Assembly: GCA_002269645.1 (NCBI GenBank)
Contig: NIVC01000509.1
Coordinates: 62,001 to 126,000, forward strand
Length of the DNA: 64,000 nt
Source: Macrostomum lignano
Lineage: Eukaryota
Direction: 5' to 3'
The notes beneath the pieces were generated by a model. That model made no database searches, was not told where the DNA came from, and saw nothing but the letters and a program-made list of their open reading frames with translations. The position numbers were made by a program, and so were the translations under genes. Within the stretch, counting starts at the first letter, position 1. The number at the start of each line of letters is the position of its first letter. This document shows positions 1 to 18,135 of this stretch, one piece after another.

Positions 1-262
1 GCTACGCTACCTCGGGCCGAACCCGTCCATTGACGAGGTTTGCCAGCCCGACAGCATCCCACGGCTCATCCAGTTCCTTCGGGCGACTAGACGAGCCAGT
101 TTCTTCCCAACGGAAGATCACGCTGCAGGACGGACCGGCGGACCACCCTGACCGGCCCCACGCCTCTGCCTGTCTGCGGGCCTTCAGGGGCTAGCGGAAT
201 GGGCGACCCTCGCCTCCCCGCTGTGTCTACGGACCACCCTGCAGCTAAGTCAAGTAAGTCAA
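1..262 (+). mobile_element. 3' end of a LOA-like non-LTR retrotransposon (ORF2 C-terminus, 3' UTR, TAAG-type tail)
   Basis: Frame 2 reads LRYLGPNPSIDEVCQPDSIPRLIQFLRATRR...* (stop 149-151), resembling the ORF2 end at ~16720-16810 ([30 protein letters not shown]). A GC-rich 3' UTR and TAAGTCAAGTAAGTCAAG tail follow. Confidence 0.7.
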
Positions 263-2009
263 GGCAGATGCACAGATACAGCTGCTGTAAGTAGTATCTG
301 TGGCTTGGGGAGACCGACAATTGACCGCAAAATTTGATCGCCCTATTTTCTGCGGCGACTGTTGGTCGTTCTTTAAAACTGTAAATATGCCAGCTGTTAT
401 TATTTGAGACTTTTGGAGGAAGTGACATTTCCAGATAGTTTAAAAATGCAGCCTGACTATACAATACTTAAAAGAAAGGGTGACGTTGTCAATTTTAGTT
501 GCCCCGTCAAGGGCCGTTTTAACATACGGTACCAATCTGTAATATTGTTAATTTAATGGTCCCGTACTCTCACGTCTGCTTAAAGTAGCGACCAAAGACT
601 TTAAAATAACTTGCGTACGTTTGTAAAGCCTAAGTACAGTAGGCGATCGATAAATTCTGTTTTTCTCGCCGGCCAATAGAAAAGCCGCGCATAAATAAAT
701 TATGTTAGCCTGAAATTAAGTTCTCCGCGCGCACCCACCCCCAGCCCGCTCCTTATCAGTCCTGTCTGGCTGGGGCGCTCGGGGTATCCTCCACCCTCCT
801 GCCTTCCCGCCTTCGTACGTAGACCCCTTAGAGCCTTGCCACCGCGGCACTCCTTGTTTGCTTGCCTTCTCTCTCCGCCTCGCTACGCCACGGTTCTAAA
901 CCACGCCTCTGCCAAATCTCAGTCACGCCACCTCTACGTCTTGTACGAGCTCCCGCTACGAGCACCGCCACCACACGTTCACCGCCATCACATCGTCACC
1001 ATTGCCTCAAGCTCATCGACTCACTCTATCGTCTACCATCTATCTTATTGTTGCGTAGCCGCCCAAGTGCATTTCTTACGGATTCAGCAAGTACTCTGAC
1101 CTATCTCTGTTGACCACCCAGACGGAATTGATAATAGCAAGCCTAACTATCCTCTCATACGATTACAATAAACAAAGACTGTGGCCATTGCCCGCACCAG
1201 TCGTACTATCATCAAGTGCTACCGCTACAAAACTTGCCTCTGCCGTGTTTGCCTTCGTTAATTACCTTCGAGGCCACCGAATAATTTTTGACTTTCATTT
1301 ACGATTACACTGTTGATATGCAGTTATATAAAGCTTCAAATAAAGCTGTTAGTTGCCCTAATGCATGAAATTGTTGAGTGAAAATTTCAAGTTCATATGT
1401 TCCTTCAGTCAAAAGTTATTACAAAATTCTTGTTATACATGTAAACCAATTCACAGATATTTATTTAGATGTTCATGAAAAGCATTACAAGTTCAGAACC
1501 TGTTTGTTTTGGAACCAGAAAACCTGGGTACACCTAAGACTAGCAGACAGACAGACTGTTCATACAGTTGCAATCCTGTCCTGCTTTGAACCTTGTTTTA
1601 TGAATCCAATCGATATTGCTCCGACATAACAGACCACTAAACCCTAATTTCTTACGAGTTCGAACAGGTACCATGGTAGCATAAAAACAAAGACATGCAA
1701 TGATACTACAGCTGCCACCATCCATTGCAGACGGAGATCAATGGGAGGCAGCAAAATGACTGAAGCGGTTGACAGACGGAGACGGCCGGCCGGAGAGTAT
1801 TAAATGAGCCCCCAGCACGGAGGCCGCCCCCTCAAGCGGCACTGCTCGCTTGATCGCTTTGGAGAACTCAGTTCTTCACAAATGGAAAGCTCAAATCGTT
1901 TTTTTTTTCTCAAATCTTTTAAGACAGTTAAAATATATACCTGACGGCGATCTCCATTGTACAGCTAGACTAGTGGAAGACATATCGCAGTAAGGTAAAA
2001 AGAGCTTTA

Positions 2010-2487
2010 CGACACTAATGATACAATAATAGTAAACTAATGAGGCACTAACTAATGGCACACAAATGATGCACTAATAATACACTAATGGAACACCTAA
2101 TGGTAAACTAATTTCACACGAATGGCACACTAAATGGTACACCAACGGCACAAAAATGGTACACTAATCGCACACTAATGACACACTTATGGTACACTAA
2201 TGGTACACTAAAGGATACACTAATGATACACTAAAGACACACTAATAGTACATTAATGGTACACCTAATGGTACACTAATAGTTCACTAATCGCACACTA
2301 ATGACACACTAGTGGTACACTAATGGTAAACTAAAGGTACACTGGAGAGGTACACCAATGATACACTAATGATACACTAATGATACACTAATGGTGCACT
2401 AATGGTACACTAATGGCATACTAATGGAACACTAATGGTACACTAATGGTACACTAATGGTATACTAATGGTCTACTAATGGTGCAC
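2010..2487 (+). repeat. Degenerate ~11-bp tandem repeat (AATGGTACACT)
   Basis: Visible reiteration of aatggtacact/aatgatacact. Confidence 0.9.
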
Positions 2488-3266
2488 TGTACTTTCTCTT
2501 ATCAAGTTGCGTGAGAAGCAACAGACTGAGCTCATGCTAGCTTGGTTAAATGGCATGAAGAGAAAAAAATCGTAATTTATAATTATTTAACTTATTGAAG
2601 CAAAAAAAATTAAGCCAACAATGATTGCTTCATTAAATTTTTCTGCAGGAGAGACCGATGGGGAGGCTGAAAATTGTGAAATATTACTTGAAAAAGAATT
2701 TTTAAAACTATCTGTGCCGGGACACTGCTTGACTATGCACACTCGTAGCATGCCTCATCAGCCTGTCTCAGTGTTGAGGCCAGTTTAGAGGGTGGAACAG
2801 AAGTCACACTGACGCCAGCATCGTTAGAGCACTTGTTGGGCCTTAAGGCTACGCACAACATATTGCATTATATAGAATATAGCGATTGCGAATCAGCACA
2901 TAGTGGGATAAACAGGCTGGTATTACAATCCATCAAATATGAACTGACATGAGTGCATCTGCCTCACAAAGTTTCTCTTCTATTGTGAGGCGCAGCTCAG
3001 AGATTAGCGATAACACAAGCCTTTTATGTCATCAAAAGCCTATTGTGAATCGTTTTAAAGTCCACTCACGCATTCAGTTATTCAGCGGAGTGGGGTGGTC
3101 TGACTCTCAGGCAGACAGCAAGAGAACTCAGTCGGAGAAAATATAACAGTCTGCCTGATCAGCGGCCACCCCGAAGCTCCTCTCCCTGCTCTGGGATAAT
3201 TTATTGCAGCTGACAGCAGCTAAACTGCATCTATCCAGAAATCTGCATAGCAACTACCCATCTGCG

Positions 3267-5613
3267 ATGAAGCTGGCAGTCAAGCAATCCGAGCTGCTGC
3301 GGCTGCTTTTGGGCCAGCTGCTCCTGGGTGAGTGCGACCGCTGAAGACATTGAGAAGACAGGAACAGCATGGGAACAGCATGGGAGATGGGAACAGCATG
3401 GGAGATGGGAACAGCATGGGAGATGGGAACAGCATGGGAACAGCATGGGAGACAGGAACAGCATGGGAGACAGGAACAGCATGGGAGACAGGAACAGCAT
3501 GGGAGACAGGAACAGCATGGGAGACAGGAACAGCATGGGAGACAGGAACAGCATGGGAGACAGGAACAGCATGGGAGACAGGAACAGCATGGGAGACAGG
3601 AACAGCATGGGAGACAGGAACAGCATGGGAGACAGGAACAGCATGGGAGACAAAACTTCATCAAGTCAAGACATTGCGGTTCCAACCACTGTAATTCTTT
3701 ACTTGCAGACAGTCTCACCCTCAACGACCCCATTGCAGTGCTGGGCTCAGCCGCAGCCTCCGGCGCCATCACCGAGCGCTCCTACTCTCTGGTGAGCAGC
3801 GGCTCCATCACCATCCCGAGTGACATCAGCACGGAGCTGCTCACCGGAATCGTCGTTGAATCAGACTTGCATTGCGTCACTCGGTGCCAGGAAAAATCCT
3901 GCGTTGTCACCGTTGCGAAAGTCGCCACGGGTGGGCGCTACGAGTGCGAGGTGCTGGTTGCTAACACGAATAACCATGCAAGCCTGAGTCCGGAGTCATT
4001 CGTAGCCAGGGAGTTCCGGCCAAGCGACAGCGTGAAGGTCTGGAAGGCGGACAACTTTGACCAGGTGGTGTACAGTTCAAAGCCTCGAGTTTTCAACGGT
4101 AAGTCGATGCGAAAGCTTCTTTTTATTGCAGTATAAACTTTGTAAATGATATTTTACTGAGTACCATAGCAAGTGAGCAATCGATTTTACTGCAAACTTA
4201 TAAGTAACCTAGACAAGCTTTCAGTTAATTCAATTATAAATACCAATTGGACAAGAATAGGGGGGCCGTAGGTGCAGTCACATTAATTTGGGGCTAAATT
4301 GGAATCTCGGCTTGGCTCTTCTTGTGCAATTAACGGCCTTGAGGGCCAACCCCCAAGGCACAGTGAAGTGTACATGCCTAACGATAATATAAAGTGACTG
4401 CGTACGTATCCGCGCACTTGTGTGCCTGCTCAGGGGAGTCGGCGGAATGGGCAGTAATCCCTCTCTCCGGTTGTGTGACAATGCCGCTTAAAATGCAGGG
4501 TGCACACAGCCCCTTGCCTGCCTCCAACTAAAACAAAGAGCTGCCTACTTGGTAATACCGTCTGCTTTCGCTGGGAAGTCGAGTGCCGATTTTTATTCAG
4601 CAAATTATCGACTAGAACAAATAATTTAATTGGCTATTTCTCGGATCACAGTGTATCGCATGGCTGAACTGATTTTAGCAACTGGAGTTGGAAGAAACGG
4701 TTACGTTCAGTCCATCAGAATCAACGTCACCGCCTGCTACCGCATCGAAGCGCTCGGTGCCAAAGGCGGGACCGAGAAAAAAATGGGCTACCCTGGAGGC
4801 AAAGGCGCCTCAGCTGTTGGCAACTTCACCCTGACTGCTGGAACCGAGCTGGCCATTGTTGTGGGTCAGGCGGGTGAGGCGGCCGATCAAGCGTTTTCTG
4901 GCGCAGGCGGTGGCGGCGGCAGCTTCGTTTACCGGAGCGACAACAACCTGCTCATTGCTGCTGGTGGAGGCGGAGGAGGCGGTGCGTGCTGCTCTATGGG
5001 CGGTAGGTCGTGATATGAGCTTTGCAAAGTAATCATGACATTTATACAATCTATTGCTGTGTCACATTGTGATTGCATGCACCACTTTTTAGCCTACGAT
5101 GGGCAATCGAACATGATGGGACTTAGCAGCTTTACATCCGACATTGCTGCCGACTACATTGGAACCGGAGGTGAAAATGGCGGGCCGGGACATCGGGCCG
5201 TAAGTCGCTTTTCATCTGGCTCGTATACGTGTAATGTTGGAGGTCCCGGAGCTGGCTGGAGCGGCAGTGCGTCGAACGCCCCCAGCTCAAGTGACGGCGG
5301 CGGTGGAATGAGCCGCGTGGACGGATGGCTTGGAGGAGCTCGCAGTATCGGGGTGCGCTCTGGCGATGGCGGCTTCGGTGGTGGCGGCGGCGGCGCCATG
5401 GGAGAGGGAGTCTCGGGTTATCGCTTTGGAACCTCAGGCGGAGGCGGCGGTATCAGTGGCGGCGGAACTGGAGGAGAAGGCCCGAAACAGGCTGCAGGCG
5501 GTGGCGGCTCCGCATGCTTTTTTGGCCACAGCTGCGTCACCCTTCCTGGCGCCAACCTCAACTCCGATGGACGCGTCAAGATCGAATGGGTTGAATCGAA
5601 GTTCTGTAACTAG
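3267..5613 (+). CDS. Predicted secreted protein, PAN/Apple-like Cys module plus ALK/LTK-type glycine-rich domain; exons 3267-3327, 3709-4098, 4679-5002, 5093-5613 (431 aa)
   Basis: All three introns are GT-AG, phase 1, and join the ORF fragments in frame (1296 nt). Leu-rich N-terminus; HCVTRCQEKSC...YECEV; YRIEALGAKGG, LAIVVGQAG, GGGGGSFV, GGFGGGGG and DGRVKI motifs typical of this glycine-rich domain. No TM segment seen. Confidence 0.8.
3356..3652 (+). repeat. 18-bp minisatellite (GGGAGACAGGAACAGCAT) in intron 1
   Basis: About 16 tandem units; explains the overlapping repetitive ORFs here. Confidence 0.95.
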
Positions 5614-5673
5614 CCTAACTGAACTCGATCGGAGTCAATAGGGGAGGTCTGAAGCTGCAGCCTTATCAGTGCG

Positions 5674-8600
5674 ACACTCTGGACTGGTTCAGGTAGCAGG
5701 GAAGTTTAAGCCACTCTGGACTGGTTCAGGTAGCAGGGAAGTTTAAGTCACTCTGGACTGGTTCAGGTAGCAGGGAAGTTTAAGCCACTCTGGACTGGTT
5801 CAGGTAGCAGGGAAGTTTAAGCCACTCTGGACTGGTTCAGGTACCAGGGAAGTTTAAGCCACTCTGGACTGGTTCAGGTACCAGGGAAGTTTAAGCCACT
5901 CTGGACTGGTTCACGTAGCAGGGAAGTTTAAGTCACTCTGGACTGGTTCAGGTAGCAGGGAAGTTTAAGCCACTCTGGACTGGTTCACGTAGCAGGGAAG
6001 TTTAAGTCACTCTAGACTGGTTCAGGTACCAGGGAAGTTTAAGTCACTCTGGACTGGTTCAGGTAGCAGGGAAGTTTAAGACACTCTGGACTGGTTCAGG
6101 TAGCAGGGAAGTTTAAGTCACTCTGGACTGGTTCAGGTAGCAGGGAAGTTTAAGACACTCTGGACTGGTTCAGGTAGCAGGGAAGTTTAAGTCACTCTGG
6201 ACTGGTTCAGGTAGCAGGGAAGTTTAAGTCACTCTGGACTGGTTCAGGTAGCAGGGAAGTTTAAGCCACTCTGGACTGGTTCACGTAGCAGGGAAGTTTA
6301 AGTCACTCTGGACTGGTTCAGGTAGCAGGGAAGTTTAAGACACTCTGGACTGGTTCACGTAGCAGGGAAGTTTAAGCCACTCTAGACTGGTTCAGGTAGC
6401 AGGGAAGTTTAAGTCACTCTGGACTGGTTCAGGTAGCAGGGAAGTTTAAGCCACTCTGGACTGGTTCACGTAGCAGGGAAGTTTAAGTCACTCTGGACTG
6501 GTTCAGGTACCAGGGAAGTTTAAGTCACTCTGGACTGGTTCAGGTAGCAGGGAAGTTTAAGACACTCTGGACTGGTTCACGTAGCAGGGAAGTTTAAGTC
6601 ACTCTGGACTGGTTCAGGTAGCAGGGAAGTTTAAGACACTCTGGACTGGTTCAGGTACCAGGGAAGTTTAAGTCACTCTGGACTGGTTCAGGTAGCAGGG
6701 AAGTTTAAGACACTCTGGACTGGTTCACGTAGCAGGGAAGTTTAAGCCACTCTGGACTGGTTCAGGTAGCAGGGAAGTTTAAGCCACTCTGGACTGGTTC
6801 AGGTAGCAGGGAAGTTTAAGACACTCTGGATTGGTTCAGGTAGCAGGGAAGTTTAAGACACTCTGGACTGGTTCAGGTAGCAGGGAAGTTTAAGTCACTC
6901 TGGACTGGTTCAGGTAGCATGGAAGTTTAAGTCACTCTGGACTGGTTCAGGTAGCAGGGAAGTTTAAGTCACTCTAGACTGGTTCAGGTAGCAGGGAAGT
7001 TTAGGTCACTCTAGACTGGTTCAGGTAGCAGGGAAGTTTAGGTCACTCTAGACTGGTTCAGGTAGCAGGGAAGTTTAGGTCACTCTAGACTGGTTCAGGT
7101 AGCAGGGAAGTTTAGGTCACTCTAGACTGGTTCAGGTAGCAGGGAAGTTTAAGCCACTCTGGACTGGTTCAGGTAGCAGGGAAGTTTAAGCCACTCTAGA
7201 CTGGTTCAGGTAGCAGGGAAGTTTAAGCCACTCTAGACTGGTTCAGGTAGCAGGGAAGTTTAAGCCACTCTGGACTGGTTCAGGTAGCAGGGAAGTTTAA
7301 GTCACTCTGGTCTAGTTCAGGTAGCAGGGAAGTTTAAGTCACTCTGAACTGGTTCAGGTAGCAGGGAAGTTTAAGTCACTCTGGACTAGTTCAGGTAGCA
7401 GGGAAGTTTAGGTCACTCTAGACTGGTTCAGGTAGCAGGGAAGTTTAGGTCACTCTAGACTGGTTCAGGTAGCAGGGAAGTTTAGGTCACTCTAGACTGG
7501 TTCAGGTAGCAGGGAAGTTTAGGTCACTCTAGACTGGTTCAGGTAGCAGGGAAGTTTAAGTCACTCTGGACTGGTTCAGGTAGCAGGGAAGTTTAAGCCA
7601 CTCTAGACTGGTTCAGGTAGCAGGGAAGTTTAAGCCACTCTAGACTGGTTCAGGTAGCAGGGAAGTTTAAGCCACTCTGGACTAGTTCAGGTAGCAGGGA
7701 AGTTTAAGTCACTCTGGACTAGTTCAGGTAGCAGGGAAGTTTAAGTCACTCTGGACTGGTTCAGGTAGCAGGGAAGTTTAAGACACTCTGGACTGGTTCA
7801 GGTAGCAGGGAAGTTTAAGTCACTCTGGACTGGTTCAGGTAGCATGGAAGTTTAAGTCACTCTGGACTGGTTCAGGTAGCAGGGAAGTTTAAGTCACTCT
7901 AGACTGGTTCAGGTAGCAGGGAAGTTTAGGTCACTCTAGACTGGTTCAGGTAGCAGGGAAGTTTAGGTCACTCTAGACTGGTTCAGGTAGCAGGGAAGTT
8001 TAGGTCACTCTAGACTGGTTCAGGTAGCAGGGAAGTTTAGGTCACTCTAGACTGGTTCAGGTAGCAGGGAAGTTTAAGCCACTCTGGACTGGTTCAGGTA
8101 GCAGGGAAGTTTAAGCCACTCTAGACTGGTTCAGGTAGCAGGGAAGTTTAAGCCACTCTAGACTGGTTCAGGTAGCAGGGAAGTTTAAGCCACTCTGGAC
8201 TGGTTCAGGTAGCAGGGAAGTTTAAGTCACTCTGGACTAGTTCAGGTAGCAGGGAAGTTTAAGTCACTCTGAACTGGTTCAGGTAGCAGGGAAGTTTAAG
8301 TCACTCTGGACTAGTTCAGGTAGCAGGGAAGTTTAGGTCACTCTAGACTGGTTCAGGTAGCAGGGAAGTTTAGGTCACTCTAGACTGGTTCAGGTAGCAG
8401 GGAAGTTTAGGTCACTCTAGACTGGTTCAGGTAGCAGGGAAGTTTAGGTCACTCTAGACTGGTTCAGGTAGCAGGGAAGTTTAAGTCACTCTGGACTGGT
8501 TCAGGTAGCAGGGAAGTTTAAGCCACTCTAGACTGGTTCAGGTAGCAGGGAAGTTTAAGCCACTCTAGACTGGTTCAGGTAGCAGGGAAGTTTAAGCCAC

Positions 8601-9720
8601 TCTGGACTAGTTCAGGTAGCAGGGAAGTTTAAGTCACTCTGGACTAGTTCAGGTAGCAGGGAAGTTTAAGTCACTCTGGACTGGTTCAGGTAGCAGGGAA
8701 GTTTAAGCCACTCTGGACTGGTTCAGGTAGCAGGGAAGTTTAAGCCACTCTGGACTGGTTCAGGTAGCAGGGAAGTTTAAGCCACTCTGGACTGGTTCAG
8801 GTAGCAGGGAAGTTTAAGCCACTCTGGACTAGTTCAGGTAGCAGGGAAGTTTAAGTCACTCTGGACTAGTTCAGGTAGCAGGGAAGTTTAAGCCACTCTG
8901 GACTGGTTCAGGTAGCAGGGAAGTTTAAGCCACTCTGGACTGGTTCAGGTAGCAGGGAAGTTTAAGTCACTCTGGACTGGTTCACGTAGCAGGGAAGTTT
9001 AAGCCACTCTGGACTGGTTCAGGTAGCAGGGAAGTTTAAGCCACTCTGGACTGGTTCAGGTAGCAGGGAAGTTTAAGCCACTCTGGACTGGTTCACGTAG
9101 CAGGGAAGTTTAAGCCACTCTGGACTGGTTCAGGTAGCAGGGAAGTTTAAGCCACTCTGGACTGGTTCAGGTAGCAGGGAAGTTTAAGTCACTCTGGACT
9201 GGTTCACGTAGCAGGGAAGTTTAAGCCACTCTGGACTGGTTCAGGTAGCAGGGAAGTTTAAGCCACTCTGGACTGGTTCACGTAGCAGGGAAGTTTAAGC
9301 CACTCTGGACTGGTTCACGTAGCAGGGAAGTTTAAGTCACTCTGGACTGGTTCAGGTAGCAGGGAAGTTTAAGTCACTCTGGACTGGTTCAGGTAGCAGG
9401 GAAGTTTAAGTCACTCTAGACTGGTTCAGGTAGCAGGGAAGTTTAAGTCACTCTGGACTGGTTCAGGTAGCAGGGAAGTTTAAGACACTCTGGACTGGTT
9501 CAGGTAGCAGGGAAGTTTAAGTCACTCTGGACTGGTTCAGGTAGCAGGGAAGTTTAAGACACTCTGGACTGGTTCAGGTAGCAGGGAAGTTTAAGTCACT
9601 CTGGACTGGTTCAGGTAGCAGGGAAGTTTAAGTCACTCTGGACTGGTTCAGGTAGCAGGGAAGTTTAAGTCACTCTGGACTGGTTCAGGTAGCAGGGAAG
9701 TTTAAGTCACTCTGGACTGG
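5674..9720 (+). repeat. 37-bp satellite (CACTCTGGACTGGTTCAGGTAGCAGGGAAGTTTAAGY), ~109 copies
   Basis: Uninterrupted head-to-tail units with no spacers; period measured 5711 to 5748. Confidence 0.97.
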
Positions 9721-10556
9721 GGTGGCCTGTTTAAGCAAATGTCTGCTTGACGCATTGAGTCGTCAGCAAGGGGAAATGTACTTGATTTTATTTTACAATC
9801 AGATGGCTGTCACCGAATGATGAATAGCACCCAGGTAGCCTCATGCTGATGAAGAATCAGGTGTTAAACATGGGAGATGCTGCAGCTTTGACCTTACTGA
9901 GCTCCGATCCCCCCTGCCCCGCGGTTGCTCGGTTTTTTTACCACCGGGATTTTTTCCCGGTGGGTTTTTTCCCCGGGTCAGCCGCTGAAGTGACTTTAAT
10001 TTTCTTAGAAATTGCTTTAGTAGGGCTTCTTGATTTCCGTTAACTCCATTCCAGCCAGCTCTTTTACCACAAGGTCCAATCCATTTTATTGTGATGTTTC
10101 AATATTGATTTTAAGCTCCAATTCCTCAAAAAACATTACTATAAGTAGTCTGCACCTTTGCATATCTTTCCAAAGCAATAATTAAGACCCACATGTAAGC
10201 TACTTGTTATGCTGTACTCAGAACTTCTTGACATAAATTCTTTATGGGTAATTATTTTGCTAAATATGAACTGTCCTATTCTAATAATAAACTTTGAGAA
10301 CAAACATGCCGTGATTAATATATTAATAACTATATCGTTAATCCATTTATTTATTCAAAATCTTAATTTTGACATATTCGTTTCCGCCTTGTGATTTCTT
10401 GAAAAGAAAATGTTTTCATTTGTGAGTTTCTCATCAGCATGGGATTCGCAGAGAAGGAAAGTGGTTGCTAGGCGAACATCAGGTGACTCCTGTGCTGCGG
10501 CGGTAGTCTGGTCTTTTTATGACTACCGAGAGGACCCTTGATCGAAACATAATTGG

Positions 10557-11600
10557 TTAGAGTCAGACAGGTGCTGATTAGAGTGAGACAGGTGCTGATT
10601 AGAGTGGGACAGGTGCTGATTAGAGTGAGACAGGTGCTGATTAGAGTGAGACAGGTGCTGATTAGAGTCAGACAGGTGCTGATTAGAGTGAGACAGCTGC
10701 TGATTAGAGTGAGAAAGGTGTTGATTAGAGTGAGAAATCTGCTGATTAGAGTGAGACAGCTGCTGATTAGAGTGAGACAGCTGCTGATTAGAGTGGGACA
10801 GGTGCTGATTAGAGTGAGACAGGTGCTGATTAGAGTGAGACAGCTGCTGATTAGAGTGGGACAGGTGCTGATTAGAGTCAGACAGGTGCTGATTAGAGTG
10901 AGACAGCTGCTGATTAGAGTGGGACAGGTGCTGATTAGAGTGAGACAGCTGCTGATTAGAGTGAGACAGCTGCTGATTAGAGTGAGACAGCTGCTGATTA
11001 GAGTGAGACAGGTGCTGATTTTAGTGAGACAACTGCTGATTAGAGTGAGACAGGTGCTGATTAGAGTGAGACAGGTGCTGATTAGAGTGAGACAGGTGCT
11101 GATTTTAGTGAGACAGCTGCTGATTAGAGTGAGACAGCTGCTGATTAGAGTGAGACAGCTGCTGATTAGAGTGAGACAGGTGCTGATTAGAGTGAGACAG
11201 GTGCTGATTAGAGTGAGACAGGTGCTGATTAGAGTGAGACAGGTGCTGATTAGAGTGAGACAGCTGCTGATTAGAGTGAGACAGGTGCTGATTAGAGTGA
11301 GAAAGGTGTTGATTAGAGTGAGAAATCTGCTGATTAGAGTGAGACAGGTGCTGATTAGAGTGAGAAAGGTGCTGATTAGAGTGAGACAGGTACTGATTAG
11401 AGTGAGACAGGTACTGATTAGAGTGAGACAGGTACTGATTAGAGTGAGACAGCTGCTGATTAGAGTGAGACAGGTGCTGATTAGAGTGAGACAGGTGTTG
11501 ATTAGAGTGAGACAGCTGCTGATTAGAGTGAGACAGCTGCTGATTAGAGTGAGACAGGTGCTGATTAGAGTGAGACAGGTACTGATTAGAGTGAGACAGG
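10557..11600 (+). repeat. 21-bp satellite (GATTAGAGTGAGACAGGTGCT), left segment
   Basis: About 50 tandem units ending at the LINE 5' junction. Confidence 0.97.
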
Positions 11601-11802
11601 GGGGCAAACGGCAACTTAAACCGAGGGACTCTGTGACATCCGCCAGCTTTTCGTTTTTCGAGGAGGCTCTTCCCCCTCCTTTTCGTTCTGGCCTGGCGTG
11701 GAAGCGGCTAGCTTCCTCGTCTTGGTCTGCTGGTGGGGGACGGATCCCCCCTGCTGCTTTTTTGCGGGGCAGGTGGCTGCTAAGTAGTTGGCTGCTGGCT
11801 AA

Positions 11803-16887
<5,085 letters not shown>

Positions 16888-16980
16888 TCCTTGTGCTCTT
16901 TTACCTTGGGGTTGCGATAGGGGCCTCGCGGCCTATTCGCGGCGCCTGCGCCCCCCGTCAGTAGTAAGTAAGTAAGTAAG

Positions 16981-17122
16981 TAGAGTGAGACAGGTACTGA
17001 TTAGAGTGAGACAGGTACTGATTAGAGTGAGACAGGTACTGATTAGAGTGAGACAGCTGCTGATTAGAGTGAGACAGGTGCTGATTAGAGTGAGACAGGT
17101 GTTGATTAGAGTGAGACAGGTA
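16981..17122 (+). repeat. 21-bp satellite, middle segment between the LINE and Helitron2
   Basis: Same unit as 10557-11600. Confidence 0.95.
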
Positions 17123-18135
17123 CTAGTGAATGAAGACGCTGTCGTCTTCAAAGGTGGGACGATGGTTTATTATTTGCTTATTAACTTTTATGGCTATGAC
17201 TTGTTTATTAAACACAAATTAAGAACTTAATTAAGAAGCAATAATACTGCTAAAATACATCTTAGTGACCAATATTTCTAAATCCTAAATACCTTACGCC
17301 AAATATTCTACCAACTATCTACCAACCTATGTATGTATCTATACGAATTTTGGCTTAACTTGACATTGTGTGAACCGATTTTCTTCAAACTTGCACTATT
17401 AGATCAGAAATCAGTCTAATAGTGGATTAAAACTAATCAAAAGTCATTAAATACACTTGCGTCGTTCCAATTCTGTTGCCAAAATTTAGAGACAAGAGTT
17501 TTAACATGTTTCACAGAACATAAAAAACTATTATAGACTCTTGACTTCTAAAGAACGGCTTAACACCCGCAGGCTCGTGAAGCCATTGGATACGACTTTG
17601 CAGTAAACAGATGATCACGTTGCATGCCTGGATAAGGCAGGGCAACTTTGCGTGATAAGTCCATAATTAGACACAGTTGTATTCATAATTGTTCATAAAG
17701 CAGCTGTTTAAAATATTTTTCAAATAAAAGACTGTGTCTAAAACTCAAAGCGTCGTGCATCGAATAGCTAATCGGTAGAAGAGGATATTTTATCAATCAT
17801 AGATATTTCAAAATTAAAATAGCCTTTTTGTTTGGTAGGCAAACTATATTTCTTTATGCAATATCAAAGCAATGCCAAACGATGCCGCTCACACTTTGAC
17901 GGACCTTTACTGCACATTTTGCGGGCGATGTTACGCGCAGCCAATTCACCAATAGATTAATAACGATTGCACGCTTAAGGCGAATGGGCAGCACACTTTT
18001 CTGCATGCTGAATACAACAGTATACTGTGCTGCTGCCCAAGTGCAACCACCTACACAGCAGACCGCCAATGAACTCATTCTAATGAGCCACGGCAATTTG
18101 TTTCCTACCTAGGCCATAGGCCGTCGCAATATTGC

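Noticed and set aside
363-1309. Possible solo LTR (AATAAA near the end, ...TACA, 4-bp CTGT flanks)
   Set aside because: Atypical TGGTCG start, a TSD short enough to be chance, and no second copy or internal region.
3231-3795. Cys-rich and other repeat ORFs (PCCSCL, AWETGT)
   Set aside because: They arise from the 18-bp minisatellite inside a GT-AG intron.
5674-9720. 37-bp repeat of CRISPR-like length
   Set aside because: Units are contiguous with no unique spacers, no cas genes are present, and the context is eukaryotic.
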